Shown piece after piece: positions 53,106-63,772 of a stretch of DNA of 64,000 nt. The stretch's first letter is position 1, and each line of letters opens with the position of its first letter. The position numbers and the translations under genes were made by a program. The notes beneath the pieces were generated by a model. That model saw only the letters and a program-made list of their open reading frames with translations. It had not been told where the DNA came from and ran no database searches. The DNA is from a virus (lineage: Duplodnaviria > Caudoviricetes), in the IMG/VR virus record IMGVR_UViG_3300031992_000090, positions 1,401-65,400 of that record. One strand, 5' to 3'.

Positions 53106-55096
53106 TGTCAGAAAGTAAAATCCATACGCAGGGTGTATATGATTACGCGCGTGACAATGTTGAGCTGCCGTCAGAGTCTTTAGACAAGCTTGCCTGTACG
53201 GTGCTGTCCCGTTTTAACAGAGCCGTATGGTGGCAGTCTATGGAGCAGGTAGGCGGCCGCAGTCTGAGAGTGGTACTGCGTGAATGTTATGAGCAGTACA
53301 ATGGTGTGCTAAGTCCTGAGGATCAGCAGATTGTAGAAGAACTCGGGGTAAGTGCACACATCAATCTTACGGCTATGAAGTCGTGTCTTGTACAGTCTTA
53401 TCTGCTTGAAACACTGGTACAGGCAAATCAGCTGCCGTGGGTGATTGAGCCTACACCTATCTCAAGTCTGTCCAAAGCTGACGAGGACGCTGCTGTAAAA
53501 CAGCTGCTGCAGGGTATAACTGCCGCAAACGCAGCAGGATCTCCTATGGGTTCGCAGACTATTCTGGATCTGGCAAAGCAGATTAAGACTGATTTAATGC
53601 GTAAAGAGACTGAGCTTGCCAAAGACAAAGCTGAGAACATGGAGAAGCTTCTGACTGACCAGTGCATTGAGGGCGGCTGGAATAAAGCCATGTATGCGTT
53701 TACATCGGATTTTACTGTCTATCCGTTCGCTATACTGCAGGGACCGGTACCTACTGTACGTAACTGTCCGGTATGGGAGGGCAACACCTACACAGTCAAG
53801 CAGAAAACTTTTTATGAGTTTAATTCAATAAGTCCGTGGGATTTCTGGTACTCACCTGACAGTGCTGATACCCAGTGCGGCACAGGTGTGTTTGTGCGCC
53901 AGAGATGGACACGCCGTCAGCTTTTGGACGCCATGCGTCTGCCGTCTTACAATGCTGATAATATCAGGAAAGTTTTAGAGGAAGCAGGGCGTAAGGACTA
54001 TATCTACAGGTGGATGAGTGAGAACCCAGAGCAGCCTGATGAGCAGCTTTTATTCTGGAACAACTGTACCACAACCATAGATGTTCTGATACATTATGGT
54101 TTCTTTAAGGGTTCAGAGCTGCGCGACTATGGTGTGACTGATATAGAAGATCTTGAGACTTACAATGCTCAGATAACCGTAGTAGGTCGCTATACTATTC
54201 AGGTGATAGTTCAGAAAGATCCAAGTCTGAATATCAGACCTATATTCACAACCTCTTTCTACAAGACCCAGAACCGTATACCGTCCTATGGTATTGCACA
54301 GCGTCTGCGTGATACAGAGCGTGCGTTTATGAACGCTCTGCGTTATCTGATGATAAACGCCTATAATGCTTCAGGTCCTATCACTGAGGCTGACTATACA
54401 CGTCTTGCCAAATACATGAGCAACGAGGACATCAACAAGATAATCCCTAACACAATTTACTTATCTTCATCTGACGTGCCTACGTCAAATCCTGCTTTGA
54501 GGTTCTACACAGTGCCAAGCGCCATGCCTCAGTATCAGGCTATGATGTCGTTCTTTATGGATATTGCAGATCGTGTCACCAACATTCCGGCGGCTTTGCA
54601 TGGTACAGCTGTAGGCTCAGGTGCTAACCGTACGTTCCGAGGCGCCGCCATGCTGCAGGGCAATGCGGTTAAAGCTATCCAGGCATCGGTTGCGAATATT
54701 GACCAGTTTGTGTTCAAGCCTATGGGCGAGCTTCTGTATAATTACAACATGAAGTATAGCGATGACGAGAGCGTTAAGGGAGATTGCAGGATAGTCGCCG
54801 CCGGTGCTACCGGTCTGATGCAGCGTGAGATTGATCGTCAGTCCTCGTATGAGATTCTACAGATGATAGGCTCCGCAGGTCAGCAGATTATGCAGATGCC
54901 TAAAGGTCCGCAGATTGTAACCTGGGCGCTTACTAATGTTCTAGGCAAGATGGGTGTACCGAAAGACTTACTCTCACAGCAGAGTATTCCTGCACCGGCA
55001 CCGCAGCAGAATCCGTTAGAGTCTGAGAGTGCTGACATGACAGCCGGTACAGCTATGGCAGATTCGGGTATGCTGCAGCCAGCAGGTCAGGTATAA
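53105..55096 (+). CDS. Portal protein
   Basis: 663 aa directly after TerL; SPWDFWYSPD and GIAQRLRD patterns. Confidence 0.85.
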   Translation: MSESKIHTQGVYDYARDNVELPSESLDKLACTVLSRFNRAVWWQSMEQVGGRSLRVVLRECYEQYNGVLSPEDQQIVEELGVSAHINLTAMKSCLVQSYLLETLVQANQLPWVIEPTPISSLSKADEDAAVKQLLQGITAANAAGSPMGSQTILDLAKQIKTDLMRKETELAKDKAENMEKLLTDQCIEGGWNKAMYAFTSDFTVYPFAILQGPVPTVRNCPVWEGNTYTVKQKTFYEFNSISPWDFWYSPDSADTQCGTGVFVRQRWTRRQLLDAMRLPSYNADNIRKVLEEAGRKDYIYRWMSENPEQPDEQLLFWNNCTTTIDVLIHYGFFKGSELRDYGVTDIEDLETYNAQITVVGRYTIQVIVQKDPSLNIRPIFTTSFYKTQNRIPSYGIAQRLRDTERAFMNALRYLMINAYNASGPITEADYTRLAKYMSNEDINKIIPNTIYLSSSDVPTSNPALRFYTVPSAMPQYQAMMSFFMDIADRVTNIPAALHGTAVGSGANRTFRGAAMLQGNAVKAIQASVANIDQFVFKPMGELLYNYNMKYSDDESVKGDCRIVAAGATGLMQREIDRQSSYEILQMIGSAGQQIMQMPKGPQIVTWALTNVLGKMGVPKDLLSQQSIPAPAPQQNPLESESADMTAGTAMADSGMLQPAGQV

Positions 55097-55169
55097 AATT
55101 TATCTGACTTGTATGTAAGAGCGTGAGTTTTCAAGAATTTGATATATACTATAGGTAGAGGTAAAAACT

Positions 55170-55493
55170 ATGTTAGACGGTGTAGAAGTAAACGTAGGTG
55201 ATACAGTATTTGTACTGGGCATTGGCTACGGACAGGTAAACTCAGTCTCGGCTGACGGTTCTTTCAAGGTTAAGATTGGCAGAGCTACACAGGAATACCG
55301 TGACGGTGGTATGATTGGCAATGTACGTAAAGTATACTGGCATGATCCGCTGTTCATCGTACCGCCTAAAGATGCTACCTTGTGGGCGACTTTCAAAGAA
55401 CAGGCCTTGTATAATTACGCACTTATGGTACGTGTGCTGCAGGGCGGGATTAAAGCACCTGAGGTAACCACTGATGAGAGCGAAGCTGAATAA
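55170..55493 (+). CDS. Hypothetical protein (SH3-like N-terminus)
   Basis: VNVGDTVFVLGIGYGQV. Confidence 0.6.
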   Translation: MLDGVEVNVGDTVFVLGIGYGQVNSVSADGSFKVKIGRATQEYRDGGMIGNVRKVYWHDPLFIVPPKDATLWATFKEQALYNYALMVRVLQGGIKAPEVTTDESEAE

Positions 55494-55716
55494 GTGGTGG
55501 TATGAGGCCAAGTGGTTTTTCCTTGAGAAAATCAACTGGTGTCATCCGTCTGACAGACATGGTAAAGAAAAGCCGCAGTCTCTGTTCTACACAATCTACT
55601 GCTGGCTGTTCTGGCCTATTCCATGGATGGAACCGGCACCATGTTGGTGCTGTGCGTCTGTACGCGGTCTGATATATGGACTGATTTTAGGATTTACATT
55701 GGGGTACTTGCTATGA
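55474..55716 (+). CDS. Small Trp/Cys-rich membrane protein
   Basis: WCWCCASVRGLIYGLILGFTLGYLL. Confidence 0.55.
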   Translation: MRAKLNKWWYEAKWFFLEKINWCHPSDRHGKEKPQSLFYTIYCWLFWPIPWMEPAPCWCCASVRGLIYGLILGFTLGYLL

Positions 55717-56249
55717 GTTGTAACATACAGACAGGCTACTCAGTAGGCGCCGTGCCTGCTCCAAGCGGTTCATGTCTGGTAGCATCACCAGGCAAAGTGA
55801 TTTTATTTTCACCGACTACGCTGGCAGGTACAGATCGTAGTGCGCCATTTACTATCACACCGGGTATGGCGGTTCTTATTGATGCCTATAATCTTGAGCC
55901 AGATCTGCATGTCTATGTGAACAGACTGGTAGTTACATCAGACTGTATTACTACAGGTGTTGCATGTAATGCCGCAGACATGCAAAAGGCTGGCGGCAGT
56001 GCTCCTACTGTAGTTTTCCGTGAGCGTATGACACTGGGTAATAATCCTGAGAGATGGAGCCTTATAAAGAACTCCGACGAGACTGTTGCCTCCCGCTGTC
56101 AGCTGTATATCTCAATGCCGGGAACTTATGAGCTTGAGCTTGAAGATGCCGCAGTCCAGCTTAACGGTACTATGGAAATTGAGTACCAGGCATTTAAGGT
56201 TGCAGATGTTGGACATCTGCCAGCCTCTTATTATGGAGGAATTGACTAA
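55713..56249 (+). CDS. Hypothetical structural protein (start reassigned to 55713)
   Basis: ATGA overlap with the previous stop. Confidence 0.6.
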   Translation: MSCNIQTGYSVGAVPAPSGSCLVASPGKVILFSPTTLAGTDRSAPFTITPGMAVLIDAYNLEPDLHVYVNRLVVTSDCITTGVACNAADMQKAGGSAPTVVFRERMTLGNNPERWSLIKNSDETVASRCQLYISMPGTYELELEDAAVQLNGTMEIEYQAFKVADVGHLPASYYGGID

Positions 56250-56728
56250 TGGCAGTTACCCGTTCTATTCCTACAGCGCTGTTCCATGCTAAATCCTCCA
56301 GTGTGGAAAGCCCTATCTTTTTCGTAGATCCAGGTGAGGTTGTCCAGGTTTTAGGTTTTGGTTTTGCATGTCAGCGCGCCAAACTGGACGAGACTGAACG
56401 TGCTGTACCTCAGGTTGCGTATCTTGAACAGATAATTTTCAAGGAAGCCAATGTAGAACATGCTACAACAGTTATGCAAGGTAAATGCAGTTGTACTAAA
56501 CTATACGATAAGACGACTGAGATATTGGCTACGTCTGAGGTTATGTTATGCGGAAATTGTGTTATGCTTAGCGCATCCAATAATCACATGCTGATAAATT
56601 CGCCGGGTGCCTACCGTTTCGTCTTGAATGACGTAACTGCATTAACCAATGTACAGGTATTTATCAGAACCTTTAGTATGCACGAGTTCCCATGGAATTC
56701 TAAATTGTTTATCGGAGAAAGATTATGA
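56249..56728 (+). CDS. Hypothetical structural protein
   Basis: Coupled ORF; PGAYRFVL echoes PGTYELEL of the previous ORF (possible paralogs). Confidence 0.6.
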   Translation: MAVTRSIPTALFHAKSSSVESPIFFVDPGEVVQVLGFGFACQRAKLDETERAVPQVAYLEQIIFKEANVEHATTVMQGKCSCTKLYDKTTEILATSEVMLCGNCVMLSASNNHMLINSPGAYRFVLNDVTALTNVQVFIRTFSMHEFPWNSKLFIGERL

Positions 56729-57042
56729 GTTGTCTAGAGACTGGTCCATTTGACGGTGGCACATATAATGATCCAACTGTCAACAATCCAACCGTATCTG
56801 GCGGTACACTGACAAACCCGACCTTAGACGGTTCTGTTAACATGACTGAGTCCGCAGCCAGCTCAGTACTCGCAGCCATGCAGGAAATGAGTCCTGCTGC
56901 GGTAACTGATGATCCAAAGCAGAGTTCCGCTGATGACCTGCCAGCAATTATTGTCGGTGAAGATCGTACTGTGATTCTCGGCAAACCATTCAAGTGGATT
57001 AAATGCGGGGACGGTATGATCCCTGTATTCCGCAAGGGGTAG
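56725..57042 (+). CDS. Hypothetical protein
   Basis: Short NPT repeats. Confidence 0.55.
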   Translation: MSCLETGPFDGGTYNDPTVNNPTVSGGTLTNPTLDGSVNMTESAASSVLAAMQEMSPAAVTDDPKQSSADDLPAIIVGEDRTVILGKPFKWIKCGDGMIPVFRKG

Positions 57043-57045
57043 ATT

Positions 57046-57273
57046 ATGGGCAGAGAAATTTTCGATGGTCCTAGTAAGCCAAGTGCTATAGAAGAAGCAC
57101 GAATGGCTTTATGGGAGAAACCTGCACCTACTACCCGTGACCAATATTTAGAGCGCAAAGATTTAAAACATGAGATTGATGTGCTTGCTAAAGATGATTA
57201 CATGCGTACACACAAGGCTGGGTATGCTAAGATTATGGATTTACGGGGACAGACCCGTGAGGAGTTAGAGTAA
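57046..57273 (+). CDS. Hypothetical protein
   Basis: 75 aa. Confidence 0.5.
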   Translation: MGREIFDGPSKPSAIEEARMALWEKPAPTTRDQYLERKDLKHEIDVLAKDDYMRTHKAGYAKIMDLRGQTREELE

Positions 57274-57443
57274 TGGCATGTGGTTCATGTAGGCAATCAC
57301 CTGTGTATCGTAGACCATCGTCTACACCTACTGGTAATGGCGGCATTGTACTGCCGACCCCAACGCAGGTAAATAACATAACCGCACCACGTACAGGTGA
57401 TGCACGTTCAAAGATAACCAATTTGAAATATGTCCCAAAGTAA
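57273..57443 (+). CDS. Small basic protein (56 aa, not in ORF track)
   Basis: MACGSCRQSPVYRRP...KYVPK; TAATG coupling. Confidence 0.5.
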   Translation: MACGSCRQSPVYRRPSSTPTGNGGIVLPTPTQVNNITAPRTGDARSKITNLKYVPK

Positions 57444-57666
57444 AAACGAATTAAAACTTTTACTGAGCAATCAGGCTGGGTATGATGCACTGCTTGCATA
57501 CCTTGAGGAGCTGTATGCAGATTTAGACAATAGTCTGACTAATACAGCCCGCATGGTGTTGTTCGCAGCAGATCAGCGTGATGCTGCCATAGCGTTACAT
57601 GGCAAAGTTCAGGCAATCGGGGACTTAATAGATTTACTTAAATCTATCAGCAAGAGGGAAAAATAA
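57430..57666 (+). CDS. Hypothetical helical protein
   Basis: 78 aa before the scaffold gene. Confidence 0.55.
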   Translation: MSQSKNELKLLLSNQAGYDALLAYLEELYADLDNSLTNTARMVLFAADQRDAAIALHGKVQAIGDLIDLLKSISKREK

Positions 57667-58689
57667 ATGTACAGAAATGGAACCGTTACACGCAACCGTA
57701 TCTTAGAGGCGCGTGAGCAATTCAGAGACAGTTTAAAAAACGATCATGCTGCACCGCAGACTATTGTGTCAGCTCCTAATCCTGCGGCAGCTTCACAGGT
57801 AGCTCCGGCAGTTAATCCGGCACCTGCTCCGGCACCGGCTCCACAGCCTGCACCGACAGCTCAGATGGTACAGCCGTCTGAGATCCCTGTACCGGATTCA
57901 TTTATTCAGACTGTAGACAAGCTTGGTCAGCTGCAGGACACTGTAGCACCTCCACAGCCACAGGAGAATCCTGAGTTAAAATCTGCGCAGGAAGAAAATG
58001 CTAAATTACAGAAAGAATTAGAAGAACTGCGTAAAGCCCGTGAGACTGATGCGCAGTCTTTACAGGAACTACAGCAATTACGTGACAAGAAACAGATTGA
58101 TGACTATCTGGCAAGCATGTCAGATTTAGGCTCTATCAATCCTGATGATGCACGTAAACTTATTAGTCCGCTTTTAAAACGTCTTGATACCGTTCAGTCA
58201 GAAAATCAGAAGAAACTGCAGGAAGCTCAGTCCGCTATGGACAAGCGCCTTGCTGAACTGGACAAGCGTAACAGTGTGAACAGATCTAATCAGATGTATT
58301 CACAGATTATGAAAGCCCATCCTGATTTACAGGAACTGCAGAAGTCACAGGCTTATAAAGACGTGATGATGTCTCCTGTACAGGCAGGTTCAGCTATTAC
58401 CGTAGGTGAGCTGGTTACAGCTGAACTGCGTAACGGTAATGCAGATTATGTGATTAAGGTTTTGGATACAGTAAAACAGAGAAACGCTGTACCAAACATC
58501 AATCAGATTGCCTCTGTTGGTGCGTCCTCAAGTGTGGCAGGAGCTACCGGCGGCGTGGACAACAGCGGCGACAGATTAACCCCTGAGCAGATATCGGATT
58601 TAAGATATAAGGTTCAGATCGGTGAGATGAGTCGTGATGAGTTTAGGCAAATCATGGCTCGCCATAGGGAAGCGTCAAAGCTTCATTAA
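57667..58689 (+). CDS. Capsid scaffolding protein
   Basis: Pro-rich N-terminus and long coiled coil, immediately upstream of the MCP. Confidence 0.7.
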   Translation: MYRNGTVTRNRILEAREQFRDSLKNDHAAPQTIVSAPNPAAASQVAPAVNPAPAPAPAPQPAPTAQMVQPSEIPVPDSFIQTVDKLGQLQDTVAPPQPQENPELKSAQEENAKLQKELEELRKARETDAQSLQELQQLRDKKQIDDYLASMSDLGSINPDDARKLISPLLKRLDTVQSENQKKLQEAQSAMDKRLAELDKRNSVNRSNQMYSQIMKAHPDLQELQKSQAYKDVMMSPVQAGSAITVGELVTAELRNGNADYVIKVLDTVKQRNAVPNINQIASVGASSSVAGATGGVDNSGDRLTPEQISDLRYKVQIGEMSRDEFRQIMARHREASKLH

Positions 58690-58709
58690 CTTAGAAAGGA
58701 GAAAATGAA

Positions 58710-59672
58710 ATGCCAGCACCATTGCAGAGCGCTAGTGGATACGGTGGGTTAGACGCTACCCCTCTTGCCCGCCCTGGATACTACAATGAAATCATGGCTC
58801 GTGTATACGAGCGTGACTTCTTACCAGATATTACCAACTCAGATATTGATGAACGTGTGATCCGCTGTCATCAGCAGGTACAGATTCTGAAAGCACCTGA
58901 GGTTGGTCCATGGCGTTCAATTCAGAAAAATCAGGAGATGATTCCGTCACAGGTAACTGCCGAAGCTATCTGTTTCGAGATCTGCAACGCCGCCTACAAC
59001 GACATCAAGTTTGATAAGCTTGATATTCGCTGGGCCTGTGACCGCTGGGAACAGTTCGAACAGAAATTCCTGGAGGACTGCTACGAGTCATGGGTTGCTG
59101 TACAGCGCCGCTGGGTGCTTGCAGCTATGGTTGTTGAAGCCAGCAAAGACAATCAGGGTGCCAATGCAGGTAAGCATCACGACATTGATTTAGGTTCTCG
59201 TGGTAATCCTATTTCAATCACACCATCAAACATTGCTTTCCACTTCACCAATCTGCAGCGTGTTCTTATGGAACAGCTGCGCTGGGTTGAAGGTGAGATG
59301 TTCCTGGTTCTGCCGGTTGCGTTCCGTACCACACTGGTACTGTCTGATTTCGCAAACTCCATGTGGGTAGGTGAAGCCAAGCGTACCTCTTTTGCCGTTG
59401 ACGGCATGTGGGAACAGCCAATTGCAGGCTTTAACCTGATTGAGACTGTACATGCTCCTCTGGTAAAAGAGAGTGACGGACGTATCTGCTATTATGTAAT
59501 TGCCGGACACCGTTCAGCCTTTGCATATGCAGCCGACATCATTGACGGACGTATCGTTTATCCGGAAAGAACATGGTCTGCTGAATACCAGATGCTCGGC
59601 GTATGGGGCGGTAAGATGCTGTATCCAGAAGCTATTGCTATTGGTTACTGGACTTTCAACCCAGGCGTTTAA
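58710..59672 (+). CDS. Major capsid protein
   Basis: 320 aa, strong AAGGAG RBS, HK97-like layout, position after the scaffold gene. Confidence 0.8.
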   Translation: MPAPLQSASGYGGLDATPLARPGYYNEIMARVYERDFLPDITNSDIDERVIRCHQQVQILKAPEVGPWRSIQKNQEMIPSQVTAEAICFEICNAAYNDIKFDKLDIRWACDRWEQFEQKFLEDCYESWVAVQRRWVLAAMVVEASKDNQGANAGKHHDIDLGSRGNPISITPSNIAFHFTNLQRVLMEQLRWVEGEMFLVLPVAFRTTLVLSDFANSMWVGEAKRTSFAVDGMWEQPIAGFNLIETVHAPLVKESDGRICYYVIAGHRSAFAYAADIIDGRIVYPERTWSAEYQMLGVWGGKMLYPEAIAIGYWTFNPGV

Positions 59673-59690
59673 CAAGGAGGCTTTTAGAAA

Positions 59691-60434
59691 ATGGCTAATA
59701 TTAATTTATATCGTGGCGGTACACCAGTTGTACGTTTTATGTGGTGTGATAAAGACTTCCCACAGTTTCAGCCGCCATTCTCTCAGACCCATCAGGGCAC
59801 TCAGTCTCCTTTATTTGTAGACGAACTGCCTATGGAGGAGACACCACCATACGACTCACACGCTGACGGTGCTTACAATGCCGGTAACTTTGTGCTGGGT
59901 ATGCCTATTGCTCCGCGTGTTCGCGGCAATATCGCACAGCGTAAAGCTTTACAGGCTTTCAATATCGCCGTTGGTGATATAATGCAGTGTATGTGGCTGC
60001 CAGAAGATCACATCGCCACCTATGTGAACCTCAAGAGTATTACTCTGGATTCCAAGATGGCCGGTGCGACTATCGCCTTATGCGTGCAGAACGCTGTACC
60101 TGATGCAAATGGTGATTTCACCTATACAGAGGATACAGATTTTGACGCAGCAGTTACCGCACAGGTAGGAAGCAACAGCTTTAACGTGGCCGAGCCTTTC
60201 AATGCTTTCGTGTCACTGTTCAAAGTTGACGGCGACTATGCTGTACCTATGTACAGTTCACCTGCTCTGCCAGCTAAGGATAGTTCTTCTTCCGTAACTT
60301 TCCCTACTTACAAGGTGTTCGGAATTAAGGTTCTGTCTTTACCTACAGACAATACTGTAACATTCGCTGACATGATGAAAGCTATCTATCTTTCTGTAAG
60401 AATGGAAGCTTTTGAATGCCCATCTGCTCTCTAA
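59691..60434 (+). CDS. Minor capsid/decoration protein
   Basis: Follows the MCP, AGGAGG RBS. Confidence 0.55.
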   Translation: MANINLYRGGTPVVRFMWCDKDFPQFQPPFSQTHQGTQSPLFVDELPMEETPPYDSHADGAYNAGNFVLGMPIAPRVRGNIAQRKALQAFNIAVGDIMQCMWLPEDHIATYVNLKSITLDSKMAGATIALCVQNAVPDANGDFTYTEDTDFDAAVTAQVGSNSFNVAEPFNAFVSLFKVDGDYAVPMYSSPALPAKDSSSSVTFPTYKVFGIKVLSLPTDNTVTFADMMKAIYLSVRMEAFECPSAL

Positions 60435-60449
60435 TCTAAGGAGGTACTT

Positions 60450-60608
60450 ATGGCTGAACCATTACAGTTCGACGGCCTGCCACGCTGCCCTGCAGGGAAG
60501 TTAGGCAGAGATACTACTGACTTGCCACGTAAAATCAGTGCACTTCGTATGCCTAAACCAGAGGCCGCTGAGAGCACTGTAAAGCGCGGCAGTTCACGTA
60601 GACGTTAA
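60450..60608 (+). CDS. Small basic protein (52 aa, not in ORF track)
   Basis: AAGGAGGT RBS; ends KRGSSRRR. Confidence 0.6.
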   Translation: MAEPLQFDGLPRCPAGKLGRDTTDLPRKISALRMPKPEAAESTVKRGSSRRR

Positions 60609-60631
60609 TCAGCTATGCATGGAGGGATATT

Positions 60632-61126
60632 ATGCAGGCGTCACAATTACAGGCAAACATGCGGCAAGATCGTTTAAACGGCGACACGTTCACTGAGTCG
60701 TATGCTGAGAGTTATGCACGGTTACAGGCACTGAATCCTAGCAACACTACTGTGCTGCCACGTTCACCTTGTATCCGTGTTAAAAAGACAGGTGTTATAT
60801 GGCCATGGTCAGAAGAGTTCGCAGCCAGACCAGACTTATGTGAGTGCTGTAATGAAGATGGTACCCCATGGGTTGACAATACACCTGTTGCTGCACCTGA
60901 ACCTGTACAGGTGAACGGCGTAATTGAGCGTCCAAAGATTAACAACGAGCACACAATAGCGGTAGGACAGGCAAGTGAGAAACTGGGCGTAGATGCGTCT
61001 TTTTCGCAGGATTTCTCAGTAGCAGACGGTACAACCCGTGAGGCTATGCCGCTGCCTGAGCAGAAATCTTCTGTACCTGTTGGTGCTATCATTGATGCAA
61101 TGTTTGACAATCAGATGAATAAATAA
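60632..61126 (+). CDS. Hypothetical protein
   Basis: GGAGGG RBS. Confidence 0.6.
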   Translation: MQASQLQANMRQDRLNGDTFTESYAESYARLQALNPSNTTVLPRSPCIRVKKTGVIWPWSEEFAARPDLCECCNEDGTPWVDNTPVAAPEPVQVNGVIERPKINNEHTIAVGQASEKLGVDASFSQDFSVADGTTREAMPLPEQKSSVPVGAIIDAMFDNQMNK

Positions 61127-61141
61127 AAACCAGGAGATCTT

Positions 61142-61837
61142 ATGGCTGCGCTGCAACGTTTGGCACGTCAAGTCAGTATTGATTTGAATGATTATGCACC
61201 AGGCCATGAGTTCACCACATGGTCCGAAGAGCAGATAAATGCGTATCTGATTGAGGGCTTGCAAGTTGCCTTTTCTTTCCGTCCTGATTTATTTTTACAT
61301 TCCGTCGTAGTAGAACTGGAAGCAGGGACCAATATTCAGCGTCCCTGCAACTGCACAGTAATCAGGCGCGTCTATGGTATCTCTACTAAAGACGGTCGAT
61401 TGCTGTACGGTCTGCGCAAGCGCAAGAGTTCAGAACGTCTGCAGTGGTATGGTAAGACCTGTCCTGCAGATCCTGCGCATTATCACGCCCGTGATTACTA
61501 TATAGATTCTCAGGAAGATACCTTTTTCATAGAGCCAGCACCGCCTGTAGGACAGACAACCTATGCACTGATTGAGTGTGCGCAGGCTCCTACGGCTGAG
61601 GACTTAAATAATGGCTATGAGATACCGGTTGAGCTGGAAGCTCCTGCAATTCAGTGGGCTTTGTACCGTGCCAAAATGATAGACGGGGAGAATAATTCTA
61701 CTATCTATCAGGTAGCCAATGCGCACAAGCAGACCTGCTTTGACCTGCTGAGAATTCAGGCAGCCACTAATGACGCCATCGAGGTAGATCATGACACACC
61801 TGGAACTACACAGGTAAGGGTAGCAAACAATGGCTAA
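61142..61837 (+). CDS. Head-tail adaptor protein
   Basis: WSEEQINAYLIEGL...RPDLF and WALYRAKMID patterns; position. Confidence 0.65.
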   Translation: MAALQRLARQVSIDLNDYAPGHEFTTWSEEQINAYLIEGLQVAFSFRPDLFLHSVVVELEAGTNIQRPCNCTVIRRVYGISTKDGRLLYGLRKRKSSERLQWYGKTCPADPAHYHARDYYIDSQEDTFFIEPAPPVGQTTYALIECAQAPTAEDLNNGYEIPVELEAPAIQWALYRAKMIDGENNSTIYQVANAHKQTCFDLLRIQAATNDAIEVDHDTPGTTQVRVANNG

Positions 61838-62471
61838 TATAGTATTTGAGAATACCCCTAAAGTACCTATCAGTGAGTTCTTAGATGAGCTTGCCTATGA
61901 GTTCACAGATGCTCCGTATGGACTGCTGGAGCATTGTCTAAAGCGTGTAGTCTGTAAAATCTGCGAGCAGACTAATATCATGCGCAGAACTGTGTACTTA
62001 GAAACTCAGTGCAATGTGCATAACTATATCTTAGAACCGCCTGACTGCATGGAAGTGATAGCGATTATGTCAATCTGCTACTGTAAAAGCAGATTCCTGC
62101 ATGGTCCTTTGTACAGACTGACATCTCCTGTCTGTACCTGCTGCTGTTTTGACAACACTGTACATGTGGATAAAGGTGAGATTGTGTTCTCAGCTCCGAA
62201 GTCAGGTACTATGTTCAAAATAGAACTGTCAGTTAAGCCTACACAGGACGCCTGTGAGATTGACAGTATCCTGTTAACTGACCATGCTGATTTAGTCGTG
62301 CAAGGTGTACGTGCCATGATGTTCAGTATGATAGATAAGCCGTGGTCAAGTCTGCAGCGGTCACAGCTTGAGGAGCAGGCCTTTAAGAGGGCCTGTGCTG
62401 AGGCTGCTGTAGATACTATGTTAGGACATCAGCGCGGTGTAATGCGTGTGAAAAAACAGAGGATTATCTAA
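61830..62471 (+). CDS. Tail tubular/adaptor protein
   Basis: Position and size; Cys-rich. Confidence 0.55.
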   Translation: MANIVFENTPKVPISEFLDELAYEFTDAPYGLLEHCLKRVVCKICEQTNIMRRTVYLETQCNVHNYILEPPDCMEVIAIMSICYCKSRFLHGPLYRLTSPVCTCCCFDNTVHVDKGEIVFSAPKSGTMFKIELSVKPTQDACEIDSILLTDHADLVVQGVRAMMFSMIDKPWSSLQRSQLEEQAFKRACAEAAVDTMLGHQRGVMRVKKQRII

Positions 62472-63772
62472 TGGCTACTAACAGATGCAGAAATACCGTA
62501 AAGGTCCTAGACTGCGGCAGTGAGTTAGAGAATGAGCATACTATAGTTTATGAACCGTTTGAGGTTTGTTTACCGTTTGGTCGCAAGCTGGTGTGGGATG
62601 GGCAGGGGCTGCGTCTGCAGGAGAACGTAGTCCTGGCAGACGGACAGTATGGCGTGATAACTGTCCAGAATGGCTGTATTACTGACGCTGTCGCACAGCC
62701 TGTCTGCGAGTATACTGCTCAGCCATGCACACCGGCAGCGACCCCCTGCGGCGACAGTTCAGGCAGTATCTCACTACAGCCAGGTGCCGACAATCTTCTG
62801 AACTATGACGCCTCAGGGCGTTTAGGTGCCTCGCTTACTTATGAGACTAACACTGAGGGCTTGTCCATTACAGGTTACGGCACGGCCGCAAGTCCGCTTG
62901 TAATTGATTACACACCCGGAGATTCTGAGAAGACTTATCTGCAGAGCGGGACACCGACTATTCTGCCGGTAGCTGGCAGCGGTTCAGATACAGATCCATA
63001 TTTCATAAGCCATGAGGAGTCAGTACTTGGAGCTGGCACTTACGGCAATTTCACCATAGACGCCTTTGGACATATCATAGGTTACGAGGAGCAGACTTTA
63101 GCGGTTACTTCCGTAGTAGCAGGTGACGGTCTGGTGGTATCCAAGGCAGGAACTATTTACACCGTAGGCATGGAGCGTAAGACTACCAGCGGTACATACC
63201 GTCTTGGCGGTTACGATATGACATTTGATGGGCAGGGCACACTGAGCGGGACAGCGCAGGCTATAAGTTTACCGGTCGATCCGGATACAGGACTTATTAC
63301 CTATGATCCTACCTATACTACATTCACGTTTAATGAGTACGGCAATCTGGTAAGTACTACAGCCCGTACTGATGTAGCTGACGACCAGTTTGCCGAGGTG
63401 TTCTATTCAGGCAGAAATACCACAGCCATGACTGTAGCTACTACTAAGTCGGCTTATTTCAAGATAACCTATCGCGGCAGATTGACTACGACTGTAACAG
63501 CAAGTCAGGTACCGGCAGGCTACGGCTCTCTGCCTAGTCCTTATACGGTAACTATCAATAACAGACAAGTAAGTGCGCTTGTCCACTATGTGATAATTCC
63601 GACTGTTTCGACCACTACGACTGTTCTGCATGTCTATATAGATGAGATTGTAGTTATTACAGATGCGTACTATGGTGCAGGTTCTTACACAGTTTCCCTT
63701 AACTGTAGTACGGAGGACTTCACATTCCCTGACAATGCCATAATGACCGTTGAACTGATAGCGAGGAGCTAA
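62471..63772 (+). CDS. Tail fibre/anchor-like structural protein
   Basis: Repeated GxYGxFTxDxxGxIxxx motifs; GYGTAASPL / GSGSDTDPY. Confidence 0.6.
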   Translation: MATNRCRNTVKVLDCGSELENEHTIVYEPFEVCLPFGRKLVWDGQGLRLQENVVLADGQYGVITVQNGCITDAVAQPVCEYTAQPCTPAATPCGDSSGSISLQPGADNLLNYDASGRLGASLTYETNTEGLSITGYGTAASPLVIDYTPGDSEKTYLQSGTPTILPVAGSGSDTDPYFISHEESVLGAGTYGNFTIDAFGHIIGYEEQTLAVTSVVAGDGLVVSKAGTIYTVGMERKTTSGTYRLGGYDMTFDGQGTLSGTAQAISLPVDPDTGLITYDPTYTTFTFNEYGNLVSTTARTDVADDQFAEVFYSGRNTTAMTVATTKSAYFKITYRGRLTTTVTASQVPAGYGSLPSPYTVTINNRQVSALVHYVIIPTVSTTTTVLHVYIDEIVVITDAYYGAGSYTVSLNCSTEDFTFPDNAIMTVELIARS

